A DNA stretch of 64,000 nt from Candidatus Bathyarchaeia archaeon (lineage in GTDB: Archaea > Thermoproteota > Bathyarchaeia > Bathyarchaeales > Bathycorpusculaceae): the NCBI GenBank assembly GCA_038883775.1, contig JAVZLM010000008.1, forward strand, positions 32,001-96,000, read 5' to 3'. The first letter of the stretch is position 1. The number at the start of each line of letters is the position of its first letter. Below the pieces are notes generated by a model. It was not told where the DNA came from. It worked only from the letters and a program-made list of their open reading frames with translations, and searched no databases. The position numbers and the translations under genes are program-made. Of this stretch, positions 37,277 through 46,487 are shown one piece after another.

Positions 37277-38185
37277 TTGGTGGTAAATAAACTGGCAATC
37301 GCAGGAAGCATTGTTGCTTTTATTAGTTTGCTTTTCCCGTGGTGGTCTCTCGAAGCTAGTATTGTTGGAGTGTCCCCAGTAACTTTCCACGTATATCCTG
37401 GATGGTTCAGTGGTAATCTAAATGATGTGGTTAATGTTTTTCGTAAACTTGACATAACTCTCGGCGTAAATTTTTTCGAAGAGTGCGTAGGTGCATTAGC
37501 AACGTTTGGTATACTATTTTGTTCAGGGATTCTCTTTGCATTGATTGGAGCTTTTATCAGAAGTAACATGGGAAGGGGAATTATTGCACTCGGGTTTTTC
37601 TTAATCTTATGTGGTATTTATGGTTTTTGTTACACATGGAACAAACTATTTTACCTATTACAAACTCCTATTTCATTTTCACATTCTGAATTGTCACCAT
37701 TATTTTCTGTTACGTGGGGTTGGTCATATGGTCTCTATATCGCCATCTTTGCTTTCCTTTTATTGTTGGTGAGTGTTGCATTTCATCCAGTAGAAGTTAA
37801 AGCAAAAGAAGAAGTAGAAATTGAAAAAAAGCCTTCAGAGCAAAAACATATATTCAATAGGACCAAAAAAAGGACCTATTTAGAGTCGATAATGGAAGCA
37901 CGAGCAAGGGAGATGGGTCCACCTCCTCCTCCACCTCCTCCTCTCCTATGTAGATTAAGGCTTCATCGGTGGAGGTATTATGGTCAAGATGTTGTGGTTA
38001 CTGTTCGAGAATACGTAAAGGTTGGAGACGCACGTATACCAGTTAATGAAGGAGTGAAGCTCATTAATAATAAAAGAAAATGTGCACGATGTGGTATAAA
38101 ACAAGAGGCAAACATTTTTACTAACGAAGATGGAACACTCTCTATGAGAGGATGGAGAGAGTCGAATAATTCGCAAGGTGATTAG
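37277..38185 (+). CDS. Membrane protein (4 TM) with poly-Pro linker and a C-terminal C-x4-H...CxxC module (cargo)
   Basis: LLFPWW...WGWSYGLY TM domain; PPPPPPPPLLCRLRLHRW...KCARCG. Confidence 0.7.
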   Translation: MVVNKLAIAGSIVAFISLLFPWWSLEASIVGVSPVTFHVYPGWFSGNLNDVVNVFRKLDITLGVNFFEECVGALATFGILFCSGILFALIGAFIRSNMGRGIIALGFFLILCGIYGFCYTWNKLFYLLQTPISFSHSELSPLFSVTWGWSYGLYIAIFAFLLLLVSVAFHPVEVKAKEEVEIEKKPSEQKHIFNRTKKRTYLESIMEARAREMGPPPPPPPPLLCRLRLHRWRYYGQDVVVTVREYVKVGDARIPVNEGVKLINNKRKCARCGIKQEANIFTNEDGTLSMRGWRESNNSQGD

Positions 38186-38208
38186 TCAGTCTTGCACACC
38201 CCCTCGTT

Positions 38209-38235
38209 AGTTTGGGTTTGGGTTTGGGTTTGGGA
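38209..38235 (-). repeat. Right terminal inverted repeat AG(TTTGGG)4A
   Basis: Reverse complement of the left end with one extra hexamer. Confidence 0.9.
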
Positions 38236-38248
38236 ATAAAAGTTTTAT
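38236..38248. repeat. Right target-site duplication ATAAAAGTTTTAT
   Basis: Identical to 32750-32762. Confidence 0.8.
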
Positions 38249-38423
38249 GAAAAACTATTCCGAAAAATAAAGCAAATTAATTCGTCTTTCCAAATTCTAA
38301 AGCTTTTTCCAAAATAAATCGCTTTTTCGCAAAGACTTATTTAGAAAACTCAAATTTAAAGGAGAAAATGTTCCCAAAGAATTAAAACGAGAAAGTTTCC
38401 TATTGCATAATGGAGGATAAAAC

Positions 38424-39947
38424 ATGCATGAAGTGCACGTTGACGGAGAAACCTTAACCATCGAAGACGTTGTAAAAGTTGCAAGAGAAAACGCAAAAGT
38501 CGTAATATTAGAAAAAGTAAAAGAGAAAGTGAAGAGAAGCCGAGAAGTTTTGGAAAAACTCGTCAAAGAAGGACAAATAATTTACGGCGTAAACACCGGC
38601 TTCGGCGCTTTAAGCAACAAAATCATCACGCCCGAAGAAAACAGAAAACTGCAAACAAACCTCATCAGAAGCCACTCCACATGCGTTGGAAAAAACTTAA
38701 GCACAGAAATTGTCCGCGCCTTAATGCTTTTACGAGCGAATACGCTTGCTAAAGGATATTCTGGCATACGCTTAGAAACACTTGAAACCATAGTAGAAAT
38801 GCTAAACAAGCGGGTACACCCAATAATCCCAGCAAAAGGCTCTGTTGGAGCAAGCGGCGACCTAGCCCCACTATCACACATGAGCTTGGTGCTTATAGGT
38901 GAAGGAAAAGCCGAATACAAAGGCAAAACGATGAATGGAAAAGAGGCAATGGAAAAAGCCAACATAAAACCCATCCAACTAGAATTTAAAGAGGGCATAG
39001 CCCTAAACAACGGCACCCAACTAATGACAGCCATAGCTGCACTAACGGTTTATGACGCTGAAAACCTAATTAAAACAGCGGAAACTGCAGCAGCTTTAAG
39101 TCTCGAAGCATTGAATGGCGTTTCCGACGCCTTCCACGAAAAAATCCACAAAGTAAGACCACACAATGGACAAGCAATAACGGCAAAAAACATAAGAGAA
39201 ATGATTATCGGAAGCCAACTCGTCCAAACTGGAAAAGAAGCCTTTGAAAGGTTGAAGCATCCCCACGACCCCTACAGCCTAAGATGCATACCACAAATTT
39301 TGGGCGCCGCAAGAGATGCCACCGCCTACGCAAGAAGGGTTGTGGAAATTGAAATCAACTCCGCCACAGACAATCCACTAATTTTTCCAGAAGAAGAACT
39401 CTGCCTTTCAGGAGGAAACTTCCACGGGCAACCCATATCGCTTGCCATGGACATTCTCGGAATAGCCCTAACCATAATCGGCAACCTCTCAGAAAGAAGA
39501 ACAGCAAGACTCCTCGACGAAAAACTCAACAATGGCTTACCAGCCTTCTTAATCCCACCAGAGGCAAAAACAGGATTAAACAGTGGCTTAATGACCCTAC
39601 AATATACAGCAGCCGCCCTAGCCTCAGAAAACAAGGTTTTAGCGCATCCAGCATGCGTAGACTCAATTCCAACATCAGCAAACTTCGAAGACTTCGTAAG
39701 CATGGGAACAACAGCAGCCCAAAAAGCCATGCAAATCCTAGAAAACACAGAGTATATAATAGCCATAGAACTTCTCTGCGCAGTCCAAGCAATAGACCTC
39801 CGAGGACCAGAAAAACTCGGAAAAGAAACCAAAAAAGCCTATTCAGCCATCAGAAAGATGGTGCCTATGCTTAAAGAAGATAGGGTATTAAGCGAAGACA
39901 TAGAAAAAATTAAACGTGCTATGTATAATCTTTTAAGGCTTGAATAA
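38424..39947 (+). CDS. hutH: Histidine ammonia-lyase
   Basis: YGVNTGFG, LIRSH, MIO triad GASGDL, DPYSLRC, GGNFHG. Confidence 0.93.
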   Translation: MHEVHVDGETLTIEDVVKVARENAKVVILEKVKEKVKRSREVLEKLVKEGQIIYGVNTGFGALSNKIITPEENRKLQTNLIRSHSTCVGKNLSTEIVRALMLLRANTLAKGYSGIRLETLETIVEMLNKRVHPIIPAKGSVGASGDLAPLSHMSLVLIGEGKAEYKGKTMNGKEAMEKANIKPIQLEFKEGIALNNGTQLMTAIAALTVYDAENLIKTAETAAALSLEALNGVSDAFHEKIHKVRPHNGQAITAKNIREMIIGSQLVQTGKEAFERLKHPHDPYSLRCIPQILGAARDATAYARRVVEIEINSATDNPLIFPEEELCLSGGNFHGQPISLAMDILGIALTIIGNLSERRTARLLDEKLNNGLPAFLIPPEAKTGLNSGLMTLQYTAAALASENKVLAHPACVDSIPTSANFEDFVSMGTTAAQKAMQILENTEYIIAIELLCAVQAIDLRGPEKLGKETKKAYSAIRKMVPMLKEDRVLSEDIEKIKRAMYNLLRLE

Positions 39948-40857
39948 CTTTCTCGGCTACAGCAAAAGCAAGCCTTTTAAGGGTTTCCTCACAACTTGCC
40001 GCCAGATGCGGTGTAAGAATAACATTATCAAGCCTTGTTAAAGGATTATCTGAACTTAAAGGCTCAGATTCAAAAACATCCAAGGCTGCCCCAGCCACTT
40101 TCCCAGAAACCAAAGCCTCATACAATGCTTTTTCGTCTATAACAGCGCCCCTAGCCGTGTTAACAATAAAAAGGCCACGCTTCATTAATGCGAACTCCTT
40201 AAAGGAAATCATATGATGAGTTTCAGAGGTTAAGGGAACATGAATAGATATTATGTCAGACTCCGCTAAAAGTTCATTAAAAGTGACATATTTCACTCCA
40301 AGCTGCTTTTCAAGTTCGATGCTTCTCTGTCGCTGATAATAAATTAAGTTAACGTTAAAACCGCAAAGCCTTTTTGCAACGGCGCTTCCAATCCGTCCAA
40401 GCCCTAGGATCCCCACAGTCTTACCCATAAGCTCAGCACCCACCAAACAACCGTATTTCTTATTCCACTCGCCTTTCCTAACTGCATCATCAGCCAATGA
40501 TATCTTCCGCAAAAGAGCTAACATAAGCCCAACAGTGAATTCAGCTACGCTATCAGTTAATGCCTCTGGAGTTCGAACTATACGGATACCCTTTTTCTCT
40601 GCAAAATCCACATCAATATGGTCTATGCCTACACCATGCACACCAATAACCTTAAGCTTCTCGGAAACCTCCAAAACTTTTCTTGGAATTTTTATGAAAC
40701 CCCTCGAGATAAAGGCGTCAGCCTCCCTACAAAACTTTAAAATATCCGTCCAAGTAGCATTAGGACCAAGTTGAATTACTTTTCCATATTTTTCTAAAAC
40801 CTCTATTCCATAAGAGTTAATGGGCTCTATTACAAGAAATATGAAACTTTTACCCAT
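39919..40857 (-). CDS. D-isomer-specific 2-hydroxyacid dehydrogenase
   Basis: GLGRIG, NTARG, LDVFESEP, LTPH. Confidence 0.92.
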   Translation of the reverse strand: MGKSFIFLVIEPINSYGIEVLEKYGKVIQLGPNATWTDILKFCREADAFISRGFIKIPRKVLEVSEKLKVIGVHGVGIDHIDVDFAEKKGIRIVRTPEALTDSVAEFTVGLMLALLRKISLADDAVRKGEWNKKYGCLVGAELMGKTVGILGLGRIGSAVAKRLCGFNVNLIYYQRQRSIELEKQLGVKYVTFNELLAESDIISIHVPLTSETHHMISFKEFALMKRGLFIVNTARGAVIDEKALYEALVSGKVAGAALDVFESEPLSSDNPLTRLDNVILTPHLAASCEETLKRLAFAVAEKVIQALKDYT

Positions 40858-40918
40858 AACCCTCCACCTTCAATAACATACATAAAATAGTGTCCAAGCT
40901 AAATTTATGATGCTTTAG

Positions 40919-41051
40919 TCGGGCGGGCAGGATTTGAACCTGCGACACTCCGGTTTCCGCTTTGCGCTTGTGCGCTTGGTAGGCTGAAATGGGCACCCAC
41001 CATGGGTGGATGTCTACAGCCGGAAGCTCTACCAAGCTGAGCTACCGCCCG
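40919..41051 (-). tRNA. tRNA-Tyr(GTA) with ~59-nt intron at 37/38
   Basis: C1-G72 acceptor CGGGCGG/CCGCCCG; TCCGG-CTGTAG[intron]A-CCGGA; T arm GCAGG-TTCAAAT-CCTGC. Confidence 0.9.
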
Positions 41052-41104
41052 AACCAAAATTTCTAAAATAAGAAGATTAGATTTATCCTTTTCGTAGTTT
41101 AACT

Positions 41105-41308
41105 TCACTTAGCCTTTCTGTATGATTTAAGCCAAAGGGCTCCCCAAATTATGGCAAAGGCTATCGTTGTCCAAAATAGGAATATCAACATTTTAACAGC
41201 GCTTGAAGCCATCTCCTCAAACATTTTCCAAGCCTTCTCACTTAACACTTTGCCCTTAAAGGTTAAAAACAAAGTTTCAACCTTCGAAATAAGCACATTA
41301 ACAACCAT
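41105..41308 (-). CDS. Small hypothetical membrane protein
   Basis: One TM helix at the C-terminus; start uncertain. Confidence 0.4.
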   Translation of the reverse strand: MVVNVLISKVETLFLTFKGKVLSEKAWKMFEEMASSAVKMLIFLFWTTIAFAIIWGALWLKSYRKAK

Positions 41309-41407
41309 ATTTTAAATGAGGATATATGCCAACATGAATAGCAAGCGTTTTATAAACAAAACGCTTATAAAATTTCAACCGAACTGAGAGAAAGGAGAAG
41401 GCTTCCA

Positions 41408-43399
41408 TCACACTTTTCTGATTTTACGCAAATCATAACAATAATACCAAGCAGTCCAACCAGAACGAAAAGCCTCTTCACCTTTCTTTCTTCTCCTAAG
41501 ATAAAGCCAAATCAGCAATGGTAGAATTACCAAAACCAAAAGAGATAGCAAAACTAAAAAGAACCACCAAGGAAGAACCCAACCAGCCGTAGTAGAAACA
41601 AACACAGCTTTTAAATTGTGATTTTGATTCATCAAAACCGAAAATGGATTGGTCGAACCAACATTTACGCCATCCAATTCCCAATGATCAAAAGTATAAT
41701 TTTCACTCGGAATAGCCCTAACTTGAACTGTTTGACCAGCAGAGTAAGTGTATGTTCCAGGGGCAGGATTTGTTGTTCCGCCAACAGTAGCTGTTATTGT
41801 AAGCGTGTATATCACTATTTGTAAATAGTGCGCCGTTAAATTATGTGGAGCCGCCATATGAACCGTGATTGAATTGACCGCAATAGCTTGGACAACACCA
41901 TCAACTTCCCAAAATTGAAAACTGTATCCTGAAACCATTGGAGCAGTTACCGTTACGCTCGATGATTCATCATACCAGCCTTCTCCGGAAATAGTGGCAA
42001 TACCAAAGGGATCGGTTCTAATAGCCAAATAATGTTGAGTTTTCCAGTTTGCAATCGCGTTTTTAGGACCATCCATAACTATAGGATTACTTTGTGCATA
42101 ATTCGTCCCAGAAGCATTTCCATTCCAGCATATAAATACTCGCCTCGTTCCATTTTTATGATCTAAAATTTCAATGTTCAATCTTGCGTATGTTGTAGAC
42201 CCAGCATCATACCATCCTGCACCCTCTGGAGAACCGTATGGAGAATCTACAATTAAATAGTATTGGAGTATGTAGTGCGCCGTTGCTGTATGATTTGCGT
42301 TCATAAAAACATTAATTGAATGAACCCCAAAAACTTGAGAGATACCATCAACATCCCAATAAGCAAATTTATAACGAATACCAAATGAAACTAATACGAT
42401 ATCTGGTGCTGTCAAGCTAACGGTGGTGCCTTCTCCATACCATCCCTCACCAAAAATCGTCACAACATTAGAAGGAATAGTTCTAACGTCTAGAAAGTAA
42501 AGCTGTCCGATTATAATAAAACTTTTTAAAACTTCGGGACAATATGGAACACCGCCAAGTTCGGGAAGTGCAGTGTAAGCACAAGCATAAACAGTAGCGC
42601 TTCCTACGTATGCAGTTTTTGGTAAATATAAGAAAACGTTAGCATATGCTAAAGTTTCATTTGGTGGCACCGAAAAATTCTGTAACTTCACTGCATTTAC
42701 GCATACATTTAGGTTGTCGTAAACTGCTATAACTAACATGGCTGTTTTCTCAGTCATTGCAATACTTCGCAGTGCAATATTCACTCCCAAAATACTCCCT
42801 CTTGTAAAACTTTCCTGTTCGAGATAAGCCTCATTTATAGTTCTCAATGACTCTATTTTTACAATCCATCCAACCTTAAAGACTACAGAATCTTGGACGA
42901 TGACATCCCCGATTCTAACACTACCAATAACTGTCCAATCGCCAAATGTAGTTTCATTCAAAAGCGCTATACGGAAACTTATCTTTGCAAGACCATCTTC
43001 ATTAGTTAATGCGCTTCTAACGAAAGTTATGTTTTCAATAGGGTTATGTGGACCTATTATTTGAAAAGCAACGAGAAGATTACTTACAGGGTACTCATTA
43101 TAAGTAGTTAATGCATAAACTTGAACTTCCTCTCCAAGGCCAAAGGCATCGCTTCGTGTATTTGGTCCCTTTCCACTGTAAGGCTCTTTTTGTGTAAAGA
43201 GGTCTATTTTTCCACCAGAGCTTTCTGGAAAAGCAATTTTCATGTTTGGCAATGACAAACTAAGGATGATTATTGTTAGCATTAAAGCTAACTTTTTTAG
43301 TTTAGCCTTCATTGTTATCAAGCGTTTATTAAATGCTGAATTCTTTAACAAATATTCCGTAATCATGAATATTACTATAAAGGATGCGTTTTTAGGCAT
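41408..43399 (-). CDS. Membrane-anchored surface protein with repeated beta domains (InlB B-repeat-like)
   Basis: Signal peptide; repeats GEGWY...F..W.VDG...MNANHT.TA; C-terminal TM plus RRRKK. Confidence 0.75.
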   Translation of the reverse strand: MPKNASFIVIFMITEYLLKNSAFNKRLITMKAKLKKLALMLTIIILSLSLPNMKIAFPESSGGKIDLFTQKEPYSGKGPNTRSDAFGLGEEVQVYALTTYNEYPVSNLLVAFQIIGPHNPIENITFVRSALTNEDGLAKISFRIALLNETTFGDWTVIGSVRIGDVIVQDSVVFKVGWIVKIESLRTINEAYLEQESFTRGSILGVNIALRSIAMTEKTAMLVIAVYDNLNVCVNAVKLQNFSVPPNETLAYANVFLYLPKTAYVGSATVYACAYTALPELGGVPYCPEVLKSFIIIGQLYFLDVRTIPSNVVTIFGEGWYGEGTTVSLTAPDIVLVSFGIRYKFAYWDVDGISQVFGVHSINVFMNANHTATAHYILQYYLIVDSPYGSPEGAGWYDAGSTTYARLNIEILDHKNGTRRVFICWNGNASGTNYAQSNPIVMDGPKNAIANWKTQHYLAIRTDPFGIATISGEGWYDESSSVTVTAPMVSGYSFQFWEVDGVVQAIAVNSITVHMAAPHNLTAHYLQIVIYTLTITATVGGTTNPAPGTYTYSAGQTVQVRAIPSENYTFDHWELDGVNVGSTNPFSVLMNQNHNLKAVFVSTTAGWVLPWWFFLVLLSLLVLVILPLLIWLYLRRRKKGEEAFRSGWTAWYYCYDLRKIRKV

Positions 43400-43448
43400 T
43401 CAATCTTATGTTGTTTATAAGAAAATGTTAAAGAAAATTGAAGGTGTT

Positions 43449-43545
43449 TGGCGGGCCCGACGGGAATTGAACCCGTGACCCCCGGGTTTCTCTGCGTTTT
43501 TTGGCTTAAAAGCCCGGTGCTCTATCCTTACTGAGCTACGGGCCC
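43449..43545 (-). tRNA. tRNA-Lys(TTT) with 19-nt intron, CCA encoded
   Basis: GGGCCCG...CCGGG-CTTTTA[AGCCAAAAAACGCAGAGAA]A-CCCGG...TTCAATT...CGGGCCC-GCCA; BHB motif fits. Confidence 0.92.
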
Positions 43546-43620
43546 TTTTAGGCTTTCGCTTTTAGAAGATTTGTGAGGGTGTTTTTTAGGGTTTCGATTT
43601 GTTTTGCATTTTAAAAAGGT

Positions 43621-43992
43621 TTAGGTGCTGGATTGTACTTTTAGGAGGCCTGTTATGAAATTTTTTATTTTGTCGTTGGCGCTTAGTATTGTTTCTATTG
43701 TTTTTTTGCCTTTTTCTGTTAGTTGGTAGACTCTTTTTCTTTCGTTCCATGTTCCTTCTATTAGGCCGTTTCTTTCCAGTGAGTATAGGAGGGAGTAGAC
43801 TGTTCCTGAGCTTACGAGGAGGTGGAATTTGTTGTGGATGAAGGAGATTACATCGTAGCCGCTTAGGGGTCCGTTTCTTAGTTCTGCCAATATTATTATG
43901 TCCATGAAGTTTTTGATTATGCGCTCGTGCATTTTCTTTAATATTTTTCCTTCCAATCTTTCACCGCCAACAATTATTGTGAGCGCCGTCAT
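43621..43992 (-). CDS. PadR family regulator
   Basis: SGYDVI...SSGTVYSLL...RKRVYQLTEKG. Confidence 0.88.
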   Translation of the reverse strand: MTALTIIVGGERLEGKILKKMHERIIKNFMDIIILAELRNGPLSGYDVISFIHNKFHLLVSSGTVYSLLYSLERNGLIEGTWNERKRVYQLTEKGKKTIETILSANDKIKNFITGLLKVQSST

Positions 43993-44316
43993 GTTTGTTC
44001 ACATTTTAAGATTTTAGGTTAGATATAAATATTTAAATTTTATTCTAATTCTGAATTAGAAGTTGAAACAGATTACGACAAGTATAAACTTCTCAACCTT
44101 CATAAAACTTCACACAATAATTCCTTTACAAAATGTTTATGACGAATTAAATGTTTCAACGTTTAGTTATATAAGAAGTTGACAACATTTCCAAATTTTA
44201 AAGATAATTTCTCATTTTAAAGCCAAAAGCCTATACTTTTAACAGTCTGAAATATATCTGCATGTTAAAAAGTGTTATTTCTTTTTTAAAGGCATAAAAA
44301 TGGACGGTGTCAATAA

Positions 44317-44898
44317 TTGATTTCGTGGAAGCACTCTTTTAGAAGATTAAACGAAGAATACGAAATAGCAAAGAAAAAGAAGCAAGCTTTGGACAATTTG
44401 TTGGAAAATGGCAGAATTTCGCAGCCGACGCATGAAATGTTTGATAAGGAAATTGCTGAGGCTATTGCGGAAATTGAGAGGCAGAAGAGGGATTTGCTGG
44501 AGAAAATGAATTCAAAGATTAGGGAACTTGAAAGCCAAATTAAAACCTTGGAGGTTTTGGTTGCAAACTACGAGATTCAACATGTCACAGGCGAAGTGGA
44601 AGAGGAAGTGTATCAGCGAGAGATTAACCTTTTATCGGTTGGGCTTGATACTGCAAGGAAGGAGTTGGATGCCATTAAAGAAGCATTTAACCAGCTTTCA
44701 GGCAATACGCAAATCCCAACAGCAGCCGAAGTTGTTCCGCCGCAAGAAATTCAACCGCAAATACAAGAGACTGAAGTTGGCGTAGCCAAAGTGGAAGTTG
44801 TAGAAGTTAAGGAGGCAATTCCTCAGACTTCGCAGGAGCAGATTCAAGAGAATCCACAAGTAACAGAAACGCCACCAACGGAAAAGACGGAAAGCTAA
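44317..44898 (+). CDS. CdvA-like coiled-coil protein
   Basis: Coiled coil, ALDNLLENGRIS...IQHVTGEV, acidic tail. Confidence 0.6.
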   Translation: MISWKHSFRRLNEEYEIAKKKKQALDNLLENGRISQPTHEMFDKEIAEAIAEIERQKRDLLEKMNSKIRELESQIKTLEVLVANYEIQHVTGEVEEEVYQREINLLSVGLDTARKELDAIKEAFNQLSGNTQIPTAAEVVPPQEIQPQIQETEVGVAKVEVVEVKEAIPQTSQEQIQENPQVTETPPTEKTES

Positions 44899-44972
44899 AG
44901 AATCACAATATTTTCCTCTTTTTCTGTTTACAAACTCTTATAATAAACATTTCTTACCTTCTTTGAGGAGAA

Positions 44973-46052
44973 ATGCAAATGTCTGAAAAGGTTATTATGA
45001 CTTTCCATGAAAAGTTTAGGCAATATGACTTAGGCGAAGGACACCCCTTCAGAGGAGACAGATTCATAAATGCCATAAAGTTTTTCGAAACTCAAGGAGT
45101 ATTCAGCCTTCCTAAAATTGCGCTAGTTGAACCGCAACAAGCGTCAAGGGAAGACTTGCTAAGGGTTCATGATGAAAGTTATGTTGATTTAATTTTCCGC
45201 TTAGCGAAAGAAGGAAAACCTTATGATATGGAGACTCCTGTTTCTCAAGAAATTCTTGAGGCTGCACTTTTAATTGTTGGCGGCGCAATAGAATGTGGTA
45301 GAGCAGTTTTTGATGGAAAGGCGAGAAGGGCAATTTCTATTGGTGGAGGTTATCATCATGCTGGAAGAAACCATGGCGGCGGATTCTGCTTATTTAATGA
45401 CATAGCCATTTTGGTTGAGTATTTACGAATTGAATATGGCGTCAAACGTTTTCTTGTTTTGGATTATGATGTCCACTTTGGGAATGGCACAAGCGACATT
45501 TACTATCGAGACCCAAGCGTGCTCTACATATCATTACATCAAGACCCACGCACAATTTATCCTGGAACTGGATTTGTTTGGCAAATCGGCGAAGAAGCAG
45601 GGGAAGGCTACAATGTTAACGTGCCCTTGCCTCCGGGAACAAGTGATGAAACGTATCTTTATACTTTAAGCGAAATTTTTGTCCCTTTAGCTGAAGAGTT
45701 TAAGCCCGAAATAATTATTGCCAATGGCGGAAGCGACCCTCATTTTGCGGACATGCTCGGCGATTTAAGTTTAACCGTTAAAGGCTTTTTCGAGATTGCC
45801 AGTTTAATTCGCGAAAGTGCTGAAAAAGTTTGTAATGGAAAGCTTGTTTTGATGCCTGGAAGCGGATACAACCCAAAGGTTTTGCCCCTTTGCTGGTATG
45901 CGCTTATTGCTGGAATAGTTGGCTTAGAAGAAATAAACATTAAAGACCCTTACAATCCGCCAGAAGAACCACCATATTGCCGAAAGAAAGCTGAGGACAC
46001 AATTGGAGAGCTAAAAAGTTTGTTGAAGAAAAAGTGGACATGCTTTAGATAA
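44973..46052 (+). CDS. Histone deacetylase / AcuC family protein
   Basis: GHP, GGYHHA, GFCLFND, DYDVHFGNGT, SLHQ, GGSD. Confidence 0.93.
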   Translation: MQMSEKVIMTFHEKFRQYDLGEGHPFRGDRFINAIKFFETQGVFSLPKIALVEPQQASREDLLRVHDESYVDLIFRLAKEGKPYDMETPVSQEILEAALLIVGGAIECGRAVFDGKARRAISIGGGYHHAGRNHGGGFCLFNDIAILVEYLRIEYGVKRFLVLDYDVHFGNGTSDIYYRDPSVLYISLHQDPRTIYPGTGFVWQIGEEAGEGYNVNVPLPPGTSDETYLYTLSEIFVPLAEEFKPEIIIANGGSDPHFADMLGDLSLTVKGFFEIASLIRESAEKVCNGKLVLMPGSGYNPKVLPLCWYALIAGIVGLEEINIKDPYNPPEEPPYCRKKAEDTIGELKSLLKKKWTCFR

Positions 46053-46054
46053 AG

Positions 46055-46405
46055 CTAAACTTTTCTTTCAATTGGTTTTGCGATTACTGCTGTTCCGTAT
46101 GCTGCGAAGACTGTAGCTGTTCCTTGGAGTACGTCGCTAGTTTCAAAATCTACGCCAATAACAGCGTTTGCACCTATTCTTTTGGCATTTTCAACCAGCC
46201 TATTCAAAGATTCTTTTCTAGCTTTTTCGCATTCTGAAGTGTAAGCTGTTACTTCCCCTCCAAAAATTCCTTCAATGCCAGCAACTATTTTTCCGCCAAC
46301 TCCTCTGGTGCGTACCGTCAATCCATGAATGGTGCCTAAAACCTTCACTATCTCGTATCCTGGCAGTTCGGGTGTTGTTACGACAATTATTTCTTTTTCA
46401 CTCAT
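46055..46405 (-). CDS. YbjQ (UPF0145) family protein
   Basis: GGEVTAY...GANAVIGV...AYGTAV. Confidence 0.9.
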   Translation of the reverse strand: MSEKEIIVVTTPELPGYEIVKVLGTIHGLTVRTRGVGGKIVAGIEGIFGGEVTAYTSECEKARKESLNRLVENAKRIGANAVIGVDFETSDVLQGTATVFAAYGTAVIAKPIERKV

Positions 46406-46487
46406 TTTAGTTTTAACCCAGAGAACTTTAATACTTAAAACTATTTAATTTGATTTCTCATCAGCATAAGCATAAGGAGTAAAAATT

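Larger units (their letters stand above)
32763..38235. mobile_element. Casposon-like element (~5.5 kb) with solo Cas1, an AEP primase-like gene and telomere-like terminal inverted repeats
   Basis: TIRs C(CCCAAA)3CT and AG(TTTGGG)4A; 13-bp flanking direct repeat; cas1 with no cas2 or array; interrupts housekeeping context between Sm and hutH. Confidence 0.85.

Noticed and set aside
32763-38235. Canonical casposon with family B polymerase
   Set aside because: No ORF is long enough and no PolB motifs (DxxSLYP, YGDTDS) are present.
32700-38420. CRISPR array or CRISPR-Cas locus around cas1
   Set aside because: No regularly spaced 25-40 bp repeats and no cas2, cas4 or effector genes were seen anywhere in the window.
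40850-41108. Two short minus-strand ORFs (61 and 67 aa)
   Set aside because: They overlap the intron-containing tRNA-Tyr.
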